A stretch of 64,000 bases of DNA. Source: Verrucomicrobiales bacterium. GTDB taxonomy: Bacteria; Verrucomicrobiota; Verrucomicrobiia; Verrucomicrobiales; V1-33. A model generated the notes under the pieces. The model ran no database searches. It was given only the letters and a program-made list of their open reading frames with translations, and was not told the origin of the DNA. Shown piece after piece: positions 9,669 to 19,600 of the stretch (position 1 is the stretch's first letter; each line of letters starts with the position of its first letter). The stretch is taken from the NCBI GenBank assembly GCA_947460575.1, contig CANHIJ010000005.1:2388-66387 (forward strand), read 5' to 3'. A program made the translations under genes and the position numbers.

Positions 9669-9766
9669 TAAGAGTTATCCTAAAACCGGGAGTTGAAACG
9701 CGATCCTGGGGCCCTTTTTTTGATAAGGACGGGGGATGATCCGTTTTTTCGCCACAGGAGGCTCCC

Positions 9767-10063
9767 TTGTTGGGTGAGTCCCTGGCGCGGTCAAAATCCC
9801 CCTCCAAATCGTGGGCGGTGAACAAGCCCGGCGGCGATGCCGAAGGCATCCTATCGTGTTGCCGGTGCATGAGCGAAGCGACAGCACCGGATCCGCGTTC
9901 CAAAGAGGGCCCGCACCACGGCAGGGGTGCCACCACGGGCAGCCCCATCACTTCCAGCTTTGTCGCCCCCGACACCATGATCGCTCTCCCAGAGCCATCC
10001 ACCGCCGCCCTGCTGGTCCCGGCCGCGGCCTGGGGAGCGCGCCGCCGCCGCCCCCTCGCCTGA
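9767..10063 (+). pseudogene. orphan PEP-CTERM sorting-signal tail (small ORF or gene remnant; no signal peptide upstream)
   Basis: The ORF ends ...MIALPEPSTAALLVPAAAWGARRRRPLA*, i.e. PEP motif (9989-9997), hydrophobic helix and Arg cluster, which is the canonical PEP-CTERM architecture. No hydrophobic N-terminal signal is present in any frame between 9722 and 9960. Confidence 0.4.
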
Positions 10064-10091
10064 GGCCCCCCCTCGGCCAGCGAAACGAATC

Positions 10092-12599
10092 CTACTTAGC
10101 CGTTAGATACGCCACCAAATCCAGCACCTCTTCCGGCGACAGGGTGTTCAGCAGCCCCGCTGGCATGAAAGACACTGGCGAGGGCGCGATGCCCTGCAGC
10201 TCTCCGAGGCTGAAGCGCACTTCCGACCCTCCCGGATCCATCGGGTTGGTGGCCACCATCATGATGTCGCCCGCCAAGTTGACGGTCCGCCCCACCATCA
10301 CCCGACCATCCTTCATGGTGTAAATCTGCAGGCCATTTTGCTCGTTTATGACTTTGCTAGGATTGAGGATATTGTCGAGCAGATCGCGCGCGCTGTAGCG
10401 CCCCCCGGCGCTGCTCAAATCTGGACCGGCCAAGCCCCCTTCCCCGCGAAAGTTGTGGCAAGCCAAGCACCCGGTGGCGAGGAAGAGGGCCCGCCCCCTC
10501 TCGCGGTCGCGCGGCTGCTTTAACCCCGCCTCCAGCAGCGGACTCAGTTCGTCCATGTTCCATTCTTTGACAAACGGGCGGGCGATCGCCGCCATGACCG
10601 CGGGAGGCTGCTGCGCCGCCGCTATTTTATCGGCCTGGGCCTGGCGCTGCTCCGCTGAAAGCATTCCCACAATGGCGTTCATGCGGCCCTCGCGCACCCC
10701 CCGCACGCTCGCCCCGCCCTTCCAGTGCGGCACCCGATCGACGGCCAACGCGAACAGGCGCTCCCGGCGCTGCGGCGTCCAGGCCGGGCTCCCCGCCGCA
10801 CGCACCAGCGCCTGGGTGTAAATGATCTGCTGTTCCTGAGTGCGGCTAGCTTCTAGCAAATCCAAAGTCGGCTCAATAAACGCGCTGCTCCCCAACGCGG
10901 CGAGGAGCGCCACCAATTCCTCATTCACGCGCTGGTCCGGCGAGGGCAAACTTGGCTCCAAGCGCGCCGCCAACTGCGCCGCCACTTCCCCGGCATATTT
11001 GCCATGCCGCGAAGCCGAAACGGTCAGCACCCGCACATACCACGCCTGCTCCTCCACCCCGAGCCGCGCAAAATCAAAGCGCCCCAGCGCCGCCAATAGC
11101 TCTGCCTGCACCCCCACCTCCCCGTCGGTCGACCGCGCCAGCGCCAGCAGCGCCTGCAGCCCCGCCCGCGGCTCTTTCTCCCCCAGCGCCCGCTCCTTCC
11201 ACTCCGCCACCGGCTGCCATTCCAAGGCCGCCCGCGCCGCCCCCCGGATCGCCCGGTCGGCGTGCCCCAACTGCGGCCACAGCGCCGCCAGCGCCCCCGC
11301 TTTCGCCTGCCCGTGCCAGGCTTCCAGCTCGCGCCGCAGTTTCACCAGAGCCGCCACCCCCTCCTCCAGCACCTCAGGCGCCCGCGGCCCAGTGCTTTCT
11401 CCCCCCCGATACGTCACCCGGTACAGCCCCGACTGGGTCCCCCGTCCCCCCGTTAGGAAATACAGCGCCCCATCCCCCGGCGATACCGCCAGGTCCGCAA
11501 TCGGCAAACCCTGCGCGCTCAAAAAGGGCTCCACCTCCGCCCCATAGCTCGCCCCGCGCGGCGCCAAATGCACCGCAAACATCCGCCCATAACTCCAGTC
11601 GCAGGCAAAAAACGCTTCTTGATAGCGCGCCGGAAACTTGGCCCCATAGCCAAAGGCCACGCCCGTCGGCGAGCCCGGCCCCACATTCTTCAAGGGCGGC
11701 TGAATCTCCTCCCACTGCGGGGTCCAACTCCATCGCATATCCCCCGCCCGCCCCGCCCAGCCACTGTCGGTGCCACTCAATAGCTGCCGAATCGCGGTCG
11801 GTCGATAGTTGGGCAATCCCAAATCGTGCTCCAGATCGCTGTCGTAGGTAAAGAGATCGCCCTGACGGTTAAAGGCGATGTCATAGCTGTTACGCAGCCC
11901 CATGCAGATCACCTCCGGATTCTTCCCGTCCAGATCCGCCCGCATCACCCAGCCCCCCGCAAACGGCTCCTTCTCATACGCAAAATCCCAGCTGTCCCGA
12001 TTCCAATGCCGCGGCGTGCGCATCCGCTCGCACGGCAAGCCATTGCGGTCCCCGCTCACCACATAGATCGACTTGCCATCCGGCCCCGGCACCACCGCGT
12101 GCACATTGTGTTCGTACCAATTGGCCGGATCGCCCGTCACCTGAGGAAACGTAAAAAGCGTCTCCGCGGCATCCAGCCGGTCGTCCCCATTGGTGTCCTT
12201 CAAACGCAGGAGCGATTCCCTCCGAAAGTTTTTCTCCGAGTGGTCCCCGTGCTGGACCACATATAGCGCCCCCTGAATCCAGGCCAAGCCCTGCGCGTGC
12301 CCCCACTGCTCCGAAACCAATTCCACCACCGGCCCGGCCGCACTGCCCAAAGGCGGCGCACTCAAGCGATACAAATGCGCCCCCTGATCCGACGCATAAA
12401 TCCGCCCCCGATCGTCAAAACACATCGCCACCCACGAACCCTGCGCCCGCGGCACCGAGTACACCCGCTCCACCGCAAAGCCCTCCCGGATCTCAATCGC
12501 CGCCGCCGCCGTCGCCTCCTCGGCCGCCCCCCAAACTGATAGGGGAAAACCAAGCGGCGCCGCCAGCAAAAGCAAAGAAAGTCTCATGGCCGCAGGCAA
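10092..12599 (-). CDS. exported dehydrogenase-like beta-propeller / HEAT-repeat / c-type heme (CxxCH) protein, PVC 'membrane-bound dehydrogenase + heme-binding domain' type
   Basis: Signal peptide (MRLSLLLLAAPLGFPLSVWGA). The N-terminal propeller-like region contains IEIREGF.VERV...GSWVAMCFDDRGRIY. A central helical repeat region follows. The C-terminus carries GCLACHNFRGEGG...GPDLS..., a mono-heme cytochrome c motif. Confidence 0.7.
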   Translation of the reverse strand: MPAAMRLSLLLLAAPLGFPLSVWGAAEEATAAAAIEIREGFAVERVYSVPRAQGSWVAMCFDDRGRIYASDQGAHLYRLSAPPLGSAAGPVVELVSEQWGHAQGLAWIQGALYVVQHGDHSEKNFRRESLLRLKDTNGDDRLDAAETLFTFPQVTGDPANWYEHNVHAVVPGPDGKSIYVVSGDRNGLPCERMRTPRHWNRDSWDFAYEKEPFAGGWVMRADLDGKNPEVICMGLRNSYDIAFNRQGDLFTYDSDLEHDLGLPNYRPTAIRQLLSGTDSGWAGRAGDMRWSWTPQWEEIQPPLKNVGPGSPTGVAFGYGAKFPARYQEAFFACDWSYGRMFAVHLAPRGASYGAEVEPFLSAQGLPIADLAVSPGDGALYFLTGGRGTQSGLYRVTYRGGESTGPRAPEVLEEGVAALVKLRRELEAWHGQAKAGALAALWPQLGHADRAIRGAARAALEWQPVAEWKERALGEKEPRAGLQALLALARSTDGEVGVQAELLAALGRFDFARLGVEEQAWYVRVLTVSASRHGKYAGEVAAQLAARLEPSLPSPDQRVNEELVALLAALGSSAFIEPTLDLLEASRTQEQQIIYTQALVRAAGSPAWTPQRRERLFALAVDRVPHWKGGASVRGVREGRMNAIVGMLSAEQRQAQADKIAAAQQPPAVMAAIARPFVKEWNMDELSPLLEAGLKQPRDRERGRALFLATGCLACHNFRGEGGLAGPDLSSAGGRYSARDLLDNILNPSKVINEQNGLQIYTMKDGRVMVGRTVNLAGDIMMVATNPMDPGGSEVRFSLGELQGIAPSPVSFMPAGLLNTLSPEEVLDLVAYLTAK

Positions 12600-12640
12600 C
12601 GCCTCCCCGCCCCACCCTCTATCAGCGCGACCCCGTCTCC

Positions 12641-13933
12641 CTACCTCCCCGAAACCTCGCCCCGCAAATAGCGCGCCCCCCGCGCCGTCAGCTTGAGATA
12701 AAAATCGGACGGCAGCCCCTCATACCCGAGAAAGCGCGAGGCCACTCCCACGGGCAAGTCGTTGCTGCATTTGAAAATCGCGGTCCCCTCATCGACCTCA
12801 TCAAACATGGCCACATAGAGCATCTCCGCACCCGCCCCCCGCGCCGCGACAAATTGCGACCACATAAAATCTCCCTTCAGCCGCGGGATCTTGTCAAAGG
12901 CCTTCCCCTTCATGTTGTACCAACTAAACCCCGGAAAGGCCACCGGCATATAGTCCAAGCCGCGCGCCCGGCACCACGCCAGGTCCGGCTTCCAGACTTC
13001 CTCCCCATGCGCCGCCGCCTCCCCCGGCGTGCCATACCGCCCCACCGTCCAAGGACTCACCACATCCGCCAGCTGCAATACCTCGTGCAGCGCGGGGTCC
13101 GCCGCGCTGTCCTTTTCTAACTTCCTCCAGCCCGAAGGCACCCCGAGCATCACCGTGCAGCCATCTTTTTTCAAAAACTCAATTAAGCTCCGGCACTCCC
13201 CCAAGGTGTAGGCCCGGTCCTTCAGAAAGCCCACCCCCCAGACCACCACCACCGGCCGTCCCCGGTGCTTCAGATACGCCCGATCCTCCGTGACCTGCAT
13301 TTGCCGACGCAGCGCCCGCCAGTCCTCCATCACCCCCTCCATGGCATGGGGTCCTAACCCACTCAAGTCATACATCACCGCATACGCCCGCCCATAGCGG
13401 TTCGCCCCCGCCCGGCAGTGATCCAGCACCACATTGTTGTGCCGCAAAGGCACCGCCTCCCGCAGCGGCCCCGCAAAGCGCTGCACAAATACCCCATCAA
13501 TCCCGTAGTCCTGCATCCACTTGAAATGGCGCTCCACCGTCGCTCCCCGAAAAGCGCTGTACACCTCCGCCACCCGCCCGTCCGCATGGCGAAACCCAGT
13601 CGGAAATCGCTCGTCCGCTCCCAACTCCGCCACCTCCGGCCACAGGTCGATTTTGGCATTTCCGTCCTCTAGCCCTCCCGCCCCCTTGGTCCAATGGTGG
13701 AACCCGCGCCCCGCGCCATCTCCCTCCGCGTTGAACCATCCCTGGTATCCCGCCATCACCTTGCCCGTCAGCGTTCCCACATCCACTCCCGCAACGCTCT
13801 CTCCCACATAGGGCCGCAGGGTCTCCGCATTCACCGCCTCCAATTCCCCCGCCGTCGCCCCCCACAGCGAAGCCACCCCCAGTGCCCACCCCAACCACAG
13901 CAAATAACATTTTTTCATAACCATAAAAAGCAT
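12641..13933 (-). CDS. secreted TIM-barrel glycoside-hydrolase-like protein (GH99-like signature)
   Basis: Track ORF trimmed to MLFMVMKKCYLLWLGWALGVASLWG (starts possible at complement 13931-13933, 13922-13924 or 13916-13918). Contains GYQGWF..., YGIDGVFVQRF and AMFDEVDEGTAIFKC. The last resembles the NEW.EGT motif of GH99/WbsX-type barrels. Family assignment is tentative. Confidence 0.55.
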   Translation of the reverse strand: MLFMVMKKCYLLWLGWALGVASLWGATAGELEAVNAETLRPYVGESVAGVDVGTLTGKVMAGYQGWFNAEGDGAGRGFHHWTKGAGGLEDGNAKIDLWPEVAELGADERFPTGFRHADGRVAEVYSAFRGATVERHFKWMQDYGIDGVFVQRFAGPLREAVPLRHNNVVLDHCRAGANRYGRAYAVMYDLSGLGPHAMEGVMEDWRALRRQMQVTEDRAYLKHRGRPVVVVWGVGFLKDRAYTLGECRSLIEFLKKDGCTVMLGVPSGWRKLEKDSAADPALHEVLQLADVVSPWTVGRYGTPGEAAAHGEEVWKPDLAWCRARGLDYMPVAFPGFSWYNMKGKAFDKIPRLKGDFMWSQFVAARGAGAEMLYVAMFDEVDEGTAIFKCSNDLPVGVASRFLGYEGLPSDFYLKLTARGARYLRGEVSGR

Positions 13934-14102
13934 CGGCGCCCGCGCCGCCACCTCCAATAAGCGCCCCGCGCGCCCCCCTTTCCAAGCGAGTAAACCTTGC
14001 CCCCCCTTTCCCCTGGCCTCCACTCCCCCGCGGCCCGGCGGCAAACTCCGCTGGAAACCCCTGGCCCCCGCCATTACCTCAAGCTTAGCCCCTTCCCACC
14101 CC

Positions 14103-14954
14103 ATGCCCTCCGCTATCCTCCTGATCCACTGCCCCGACCAACCCGGAATCGTGCGCGCGGTGGCTTCCTTCATCGCCGAACACGGCGGCAATATCCTCCA
14201 CTTCGACCAACACGTCGATAGCCAGGAAGGCATCTTCTTCATGCGCGCCGAATGGGACCTGGCCCGCTTCGGCATCAGCCGCGCCGACCTCCCCGTCTTC
14301 ATCCGCGCCCTCGCCGAGCCCCGCCACATGACCTGGAGCCTCCACTTCTCCGACCAGCGCCACCGCCTCGCCCTCTTCGTCAGCAAGGACGCCCATTGCC
14401 TCTACGACCTCCTCAGCCGCCACGAAGCCGGCGAACTCGACGCCGATATCCCCCTCATCATCGCCAACCACGAGGCCCTCCGCCCCGCCGCCGAGCGCTT
14501 CGGCATCCCCTTTCACCTCGTCCCCGTCACCCCCGAAAATAAGCCCCAAGCCGAAGCCCGCCAGCTCGCCCTCCTCGAAGAACACAGCATCGAAACCGTC
14601 GTCCTGGCCCGCTACATGCAAATCCTCTCCAACGACATCTGCGCCGCCTGGCCAAACCGCGTCATCAATATCCACCACAGCTTCCTCCCCGCTTTCCCCG
14701 GCGCCAAACCCTACCACAGCGCCCACCGCCGCGGCGTCAAAATCATCGGCGCCACTAGCCACTACGTCACCGCCGAACTCGACGAAGGCCCCATCATCGA
14801 ACAAGACGTCATCCGCGTCACCCACAAGCAAACTGTACAAGACCTCGTCCGCCAGGGCCGCGACCTCGAAAAAGTCGTCCTCTCCCGCGCCGTCCGCTGG
14901 CACATCCAGCGCAAGGTCCTCGCCTACAACAATAAAACCGTCGTCTTCGCCTAA
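14103..14954 (+). CDS. purU: formyltetrahydrofolate deformylase
   Basis: N-terminal ACT domain (LLIHCPDQPGIVRAVASFIAEHGGNI) plus formyltransferase core (VLARYMQILS...INIHHSFLPAF.GAKPY..A..RGVK.IGATSHYVT..LDEGPII.Q). Confidence 0.92.
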   Translation: MPSAILLIHCPDQPGIVRAVASFIAEHGGNILHFDQHVDSQEGIFFMRAEWDLARFGISRADLPVFIRALAEPRHMTWSLHFSDQRHRLALFVSKDAHCLYDLLSRHEAGELDADIPLIIANHEALRPAAERFGIPFHLVPVTPENKPQAEARQLALLEEHSIETVVLARYMQILSNDICAAWPNRVINIHHSFLPAFPGAKPYHSAHRRGVKIIGATSHYVTAELDEGPIIEQDVIRVTHKQTVQDLVRQGRDLEKVVLSRAVRWHIQRKVLAYNNKTVVFA

Positions 14955-14964
14955 CGCTACATCT

Positions 14965-15177
14965 ATGGACGAAGCCCCCTCCATCACCCTCAACGGCGCG
15001 CCCCATCCCCTCTCCCCGGGCCAATCCGTCCGCGACCTCCTCCAGCACCTCGGCCTCGCCGACGTCCCCGTCCTCGTCGAGCGCAATGGCACCGCCCTCT
15101 TCCCCCGCGAATTCCCCACCACCCTCCTCGCCCCCGGAGACCAGGTGGAACTCATCCGCATCGTAGCCGGCGGCTAG
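14965..15177 (+). CDS. thiS: ThiS/MoaD-family sulfur-carrier protein
   Basis: A 70-aa protein ending ...GDQVELIRIVAGG with the C-terminal Gly-Gly. Length and pattern match ThiS. Confidence 0.75.
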   Translation: MDEAPSITLNGAPHPLSPGQSVRDLLQHLGLADVPVLVERNGTALFPREFPTTLLAPGDQVELIRIVAGG

Positions 15178-15238
15178 GCGCTCTCCCCCCGGCCCCCCGC
15201 GCGGCGCGGCCCGAGCCCAAGGAGGCCGGGGGAATTCG

Positions 15239-16660
15239 CTAGGCGATAATCGGGGTCAAGACCTTGCCCTTGATATCAGTGAGGCGATAGTCCCGTCCCT
15301 GGAAACGATAGGTGAGCCGGAGGTGATCGACCCCGAGCAGCTGCAACATCGTGGCGTGGAGGTCGTGGACATCCACGGGATCCTGCACCGCCTGGTACCC
15401 CAGTTCGTCGGTCGCGCCATAGCTGATGCCCGGCTTGATGCCCCCGCCCGCCATCCACACGCTGAATCCCTTGTTGTGGTGGTCGCGCCCACTGCCCTGC
15501 GACATCGGAGTGCGCCCGAATTCGCCCCCCCAGATCACCAGGGTATCCTTGAGCATATCGCGCTGCTTGAGATCAGTGAGGAGGGCCATGCAGGCGCGGT
15601 CGATTTCTTCCGCCTTCAAGGTGACGCCCTGCTTGATGTCGCCGTGGTGGTCCCAGTCCTTGTGGTAGAGCTGGATGAAGCGCACGCCGCGCTCCGCGAG
15701 GCGGCGCGCCAGCAGACAGTTGTAGGCGAAGCTGCCGTCGCCCGGCTTGCAGCCGTACAAGTCCATCACCGAAGGCGGCTCCTTGGCGAGGTCCATCAAT
15801 TCCGGCACGCTAGACTGCAACTTGAAAGCCATTTCATATTGGGCGATGCGGGTGGCGATTTCCGGGTCTCCGACGTCAGCGAGGTGCTGGCCGTTGAGGG
15901 CGTTGATGGCCCCGACCACGTCCTGTTGGCGGTCGTGGTTCACCCCTGGAGGAGCGTTGAGGTACATCACGGGGTCGCCCTTGCCGCGCAGGTGCACCCC
16001 TTGAAAACGACTCGGAATGAAGCCGCTAGCCCACTGGCGGGCCGCGATCGGCTGGTTCTGCCCGCCCCGCCCACTGGACGTCAGGACGACAAAGCCAGGA
16101 AGATTTTCCGCCTCGCTGCCCAGCCCATAAGTCGCCCAGGCTCCCATCGAAGGGCGCCCCGCAATCTGGGATCCGGTGTTCATGAACATGTGCGCCGGGT
16201 CGTGGTTGATGGCCTCGGAGTAGACCGAGCGCACGATGCACATCTCGTCCGCCATCGTCCCTAGCAAGGGCAGGAGCTCACTGAATTCCTGGCCGGACTT
16301 GCCGTACTTTTTGAAGCCGATTTGGGGGGCGAAACATTTGAGGGCCTGGCCCTGGAGCTGGGCGATCTGCTGGCCCTTGGTCATGCTTTCGGGCATCGGC
16401 TGGCCGTCCATGCGGGCCAGCACGGGCTTGGGATCAAAGGTTTCCAGGTGGGATGGGCCGCCCGCCATGCTCAAAAAGATGACGCGCTTGGCCCGCGCGG
16501 GCAGGTGGGTGCTGCTCAAGATGCCCGGCGAACCCGCGGCCGGGGCCGCCGCCGGGCCGCCCCAGAGGTGCGCGAGGGCGGCGGCGCCAAACCCATAGGT
16601 GGCCCGGGAAAGAAAGGCCCGGCGATGCAGGGGCGAATAGGCAGAGGAGGAGGATTTCAT
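15239..16660 (-). CDS. DUF1501-family Tat-exported sulfatase-fold protein
   Basis: Trimmed to MKSSSSAYSPLHRRAFLSRATYGFGAAALA (twin-arginine signal; ATG complement 16658-16660). The body has ...FLSMAGGPSHLETFDPKP... and ...IWGGEFGRTP......GRDHH..GFS.WMAGGG, typical of DUF1501. Confidence 0.85.
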   Translation of the reverse strand: MKSSSSAYSPLHRRAFLSRATYGFGAAALAHLWGGPAAAPAAGSPGILSSTHLPARAKRVIFLSMAGGPSHLETFDPKPVLARMDGQPMPESMTKGQQIAQLQGQALKCFAPQIGFKKYGKSGQEFSELLPLLGTMADEMCIVRSVYSEAINHDPAHMFMNTGSQIAGRPSMGAWATYGLGSEAENLPGFVVLTSSGRGGQNQPIAARQWASGFIPSRFQGVHLRGKGDPVMYLNAPPGVNHDRQQDVVGAINALNGQHLADVGDPEIATRIAQYEMAFKLQSSVPELMDLAKEPPSVMDLYGCKPGDGSFAYNCLLARRLAERGVRFIQLYHKDWDHHGDIKQGVTLKAEEIDRACMALLTDLKQRDMLKDTLVIWGGEFGRTPMSQGSGRDHHNKGFSVWMAGGGIKPGISYGATDELGYQAVQDPVDVHDLHATMLQLLGVDHLRLTYRFQGRDYRLTDIKGKVLTPIIA

Positions 16661-16674
16661 GGGACAGATCGGAG

Positions 16675-19600
16675 TTAGGACCGGGTGATGAATTCGTGGA
16701 GGTTGAGGGCCACGCGGGCCACGCTGGTCCAAGCGGCATGCTCGGCGGCGGCCGCCGGAGGAGCCGCTTGTCCGAGGCTTTGGGCCGCCGCGGGGTCGGC
16801 CAGATAGGCGGTGCGGTGGCCAGTGAGGAGGGTGAGCAAGGTCGCCGATTCCTCCGGCGTCGGGGGGCGCTGGAGGGATTCGCGCCACAGCCAGGCGATC
16901 CGCCCGGCATCGTCGCCGGGGCCCTCCGCCAGCACCCGGCCCGCGAGGGCCCCGGCGGCCTCGACGAAGCTGGGGTCGTTCAGCAGCACCAAGGCCTGCT
17001 GTGGAATATTAGAGCGGACGCGCTCCGCGGTGCATTCCTCGCGCGAGGGCGCATCGAAGGCCAGCATCGCCGGGTGCAGGAACATGCGCTGCCACCAGGT
17101 GTAGAGCCCGCGGCGGTATTGGCTTGCCCCCGTGGAGGGCAGCCAGTTGCGCGCGGGGAAGTTGAGATTCTCCCAGTAGCCCTCGGGCTGGTAGGGCTTG
17201 GTGCTGACGCCGCCGATCTGCGGCACCAAGAGGCGGGCCGTGGTCAGGGCGTAGTCGCGCACAAATTCCGCATCCAAGCGGAAGCGACTCTGCCGCGTCA
17301 GCTCCCGGTTTTCCGGGTCCCGCGTCAACATCTCGGGGCTGGCGGTGGACACCTGCCGGTAGGTGCGGCTCGTCACCATGGAGCGCACCGCGCCCTTCAC
17401 GTTCCATTGCCCATCGCGCAATTCGCAGGCCAGCCAATCCAGCAATTCCAGGTTAGGCGGCATCTCCCCTTGGAGGCCGAAGTCTTCCAGGGTTTTGCTC
17501 AGACCAATCCCAAAGAACAACTTCCACAGCCGGTTGGCTAGGACGCGGGCCGTCAGGGGATTTTCCGCAGCCACCAGCCAGCGGGCTAAATCCAACCGGT
17601 TCGGCTCCCGCCCATCGATCTTCGGCGACGGCAAATAGGAGGGCAGCGCCGCCTTGACCACCGGTCCCGTTTCATTGAGAAAATCCCCGCGCGGGAGCAG
17701 CCGGACCACTCGCTTGTTAGGGGTGCTTTTAGTGGTTAAGCAGCGCACCGTGCGGTCCTCGATTTCTTTGATCTGGGCGCTCGCCTGGGCCAATTGCTGG
17801 CGGGTTTCGGCCCACTCCGGGGCCAAGGAGCGGTAGTGCCGCACCAGGGATTTTTGTTCCTCGGCGCTGCGCTGGTCGATCGGCTTGACGAGCAGGGCTG
17901 CCAGGGGCGGCGGCAGCGCCGCAGCCGGAGCGGCGGCCGCTTGCGCCATCGCCGCGGTCGTCGCGGAACAGCGGAACTGCCCCAGCGTGTGGTGCCCTCG
18001 ACCGTGTGCCTGCTGAATTTCCACCACCAAGCGAGTGTCCGCCACCGCCGCCACGGGAGCCCCCAATTCCAGCCACAGCGACTGCGCCTGCCCGGTCTGG
18101 GGAAGCACCGCCCAGCCAAATTCCGCCCCGCGGGCATCGCCGTCGATGGTGCTGGCGGCGGACCACTTCTTGTCCGGATGATCGGCCCCCGCGACCTCTT
18201 GCTCAAAACTGGCGGTGGCCTTGGCAAAGCTCAATTCCTGGGCCACGCTTCCGTCCGGGCGAATCAGGCGGGCTTTGACCTCCGTGACCACAAAATTGCC
18301 ATTGCTCGCCCGCCCCGCGCCGCCCGTCGGCAAACTCTCCTGCGGCAGTGCTTCCAGGCGCAGACCGGTCATGGCCGCCGGGTAGCTATCCGCAGTCAGG
18401 GTGTAGACGGTTTTGTCAGGATCCGCACCTTTGGCGAGGTAGACGCCCTTGCCGCGGTCCTCCAATGCGGGGCCGTCCGCGGCCTGGCGCTGGCCGAACA
18501 TGAGCGGGGTCCAAACCGGGTTCAAGGCCGCCTGCAGTTGGCCATTTTCCCAGCGAAGGTAGGCCAGTTGCGACTCCGCAGTCTCCGCCTCCAGGCTCCC
18601 CTGCAGGCGGTCGCGCTGAGCGGTGGCCGCTTCGTAGACCTGCTGCTGGCCCGGGGCAAACACCATCATGCCGGGCTCCGGAGCGGCGATAATCCCCTCG
18701 TCGATGTCGGCGAAAAAGGCCCCCATCGAGTAGAAATCGCTCGCGAGCATGGGGTCGAACTTGTGGTCGTGGCACTGCGAGCACATCCAGGTTTGGGCCA
18801 GCCACACCGTGCCCACCGCGCGGACCCGGTCCTGAAGGTAGCGGGCCTCGTAGTCCTTGGCCTGGGCTCCGCCCTCGTCGGTTGTTAGGAGAAGCTTATT
18901 GAAACACGAGGCCACTTTTTGTTCCTGGGTGGCGTTGGGCAGCAAGTCGCCCGCGAGGTGTTCAATGGTGAACTGGTCGAACGGCTGATTCTGGTTGAAA
19001 GCTCCGATGACGTGGTCGCGGAAGGGGGAAACATTGCGCTCCTTGTCCGAGTGGTAGCCCGCGCTGTCCGCATAGCGCACCAGGTCTAACCACCACACGG
19101 CCATCCGCTCGCCATAGGGACTAGCCGCCAGCAGGCGGTCGACCAATTTTTCATAGGCGTCCGGCGAGGCATCGGCCACAAAGGCCTCGACCTCCGCCGC
19201 AGGGGCGGGCAAGCCGTGCAAGTCGGCGTAGAGGCGGCGCGCCAGGGTGCGGCGGTCGGCCTCGGCAGAAAACCCCAAGCCCAAGGAGTGCTGGCGCTGC
19301 CCTACCAGGAAATCGATCGGGTGCCCGGCGTCCGCAGGGAGGGTGGGTTTGACTGGGGCCAGGTAGGCCCAGTGCCCTTCGTAGACGGCGCCTTCCTCGA
19401 TCCAGCGCTGAAAGAGCTGCTTTTGCTCCTCGCTCAGGCTTTTGTGGGTGCTCGGGGGCGGCATCAATTCATCGGGATCCGCATTGGAGAGGCGCGCGAT
19501 CAATTCGCTTTGGCCCGGGTCGCCGGGGACGATCGCCCGCGCCCCAGACTTGGCGGGCAGCAGCGCGCTATCCCGCAGATCCAGCCGCAGCCCGGATTTC

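Noticed and set aside
9652-9700. Possible hammerhead ribozyme, because of CTGATGAG (9652-9659), a GAAAC further downstream (9695-9699) and a GUC in the conserved 5' block.
   Set aside because: No helix I or II can be drawn (position 1.1/2.1 would be an A-C mismatch). The second copy has ATGATGAG (the essential C3 is replaced) and no GAAAC, so the conserved TGATGAG is not a hammerhead core.
13934-14102. ZTP (pfl) riboswitch upstream of purU, or TPP riboswitch upstream of thiS.
   Set aside because: I could not find the conserved pfl elements (...CCGGGCGGA... / CCGCCUGGGC) or the TPP CUGAGA/ACCUGAUCUGGAUAAUGCCAGCG-like core. The region is merely C-rich. A cmscan would be needed to exclude this formally.
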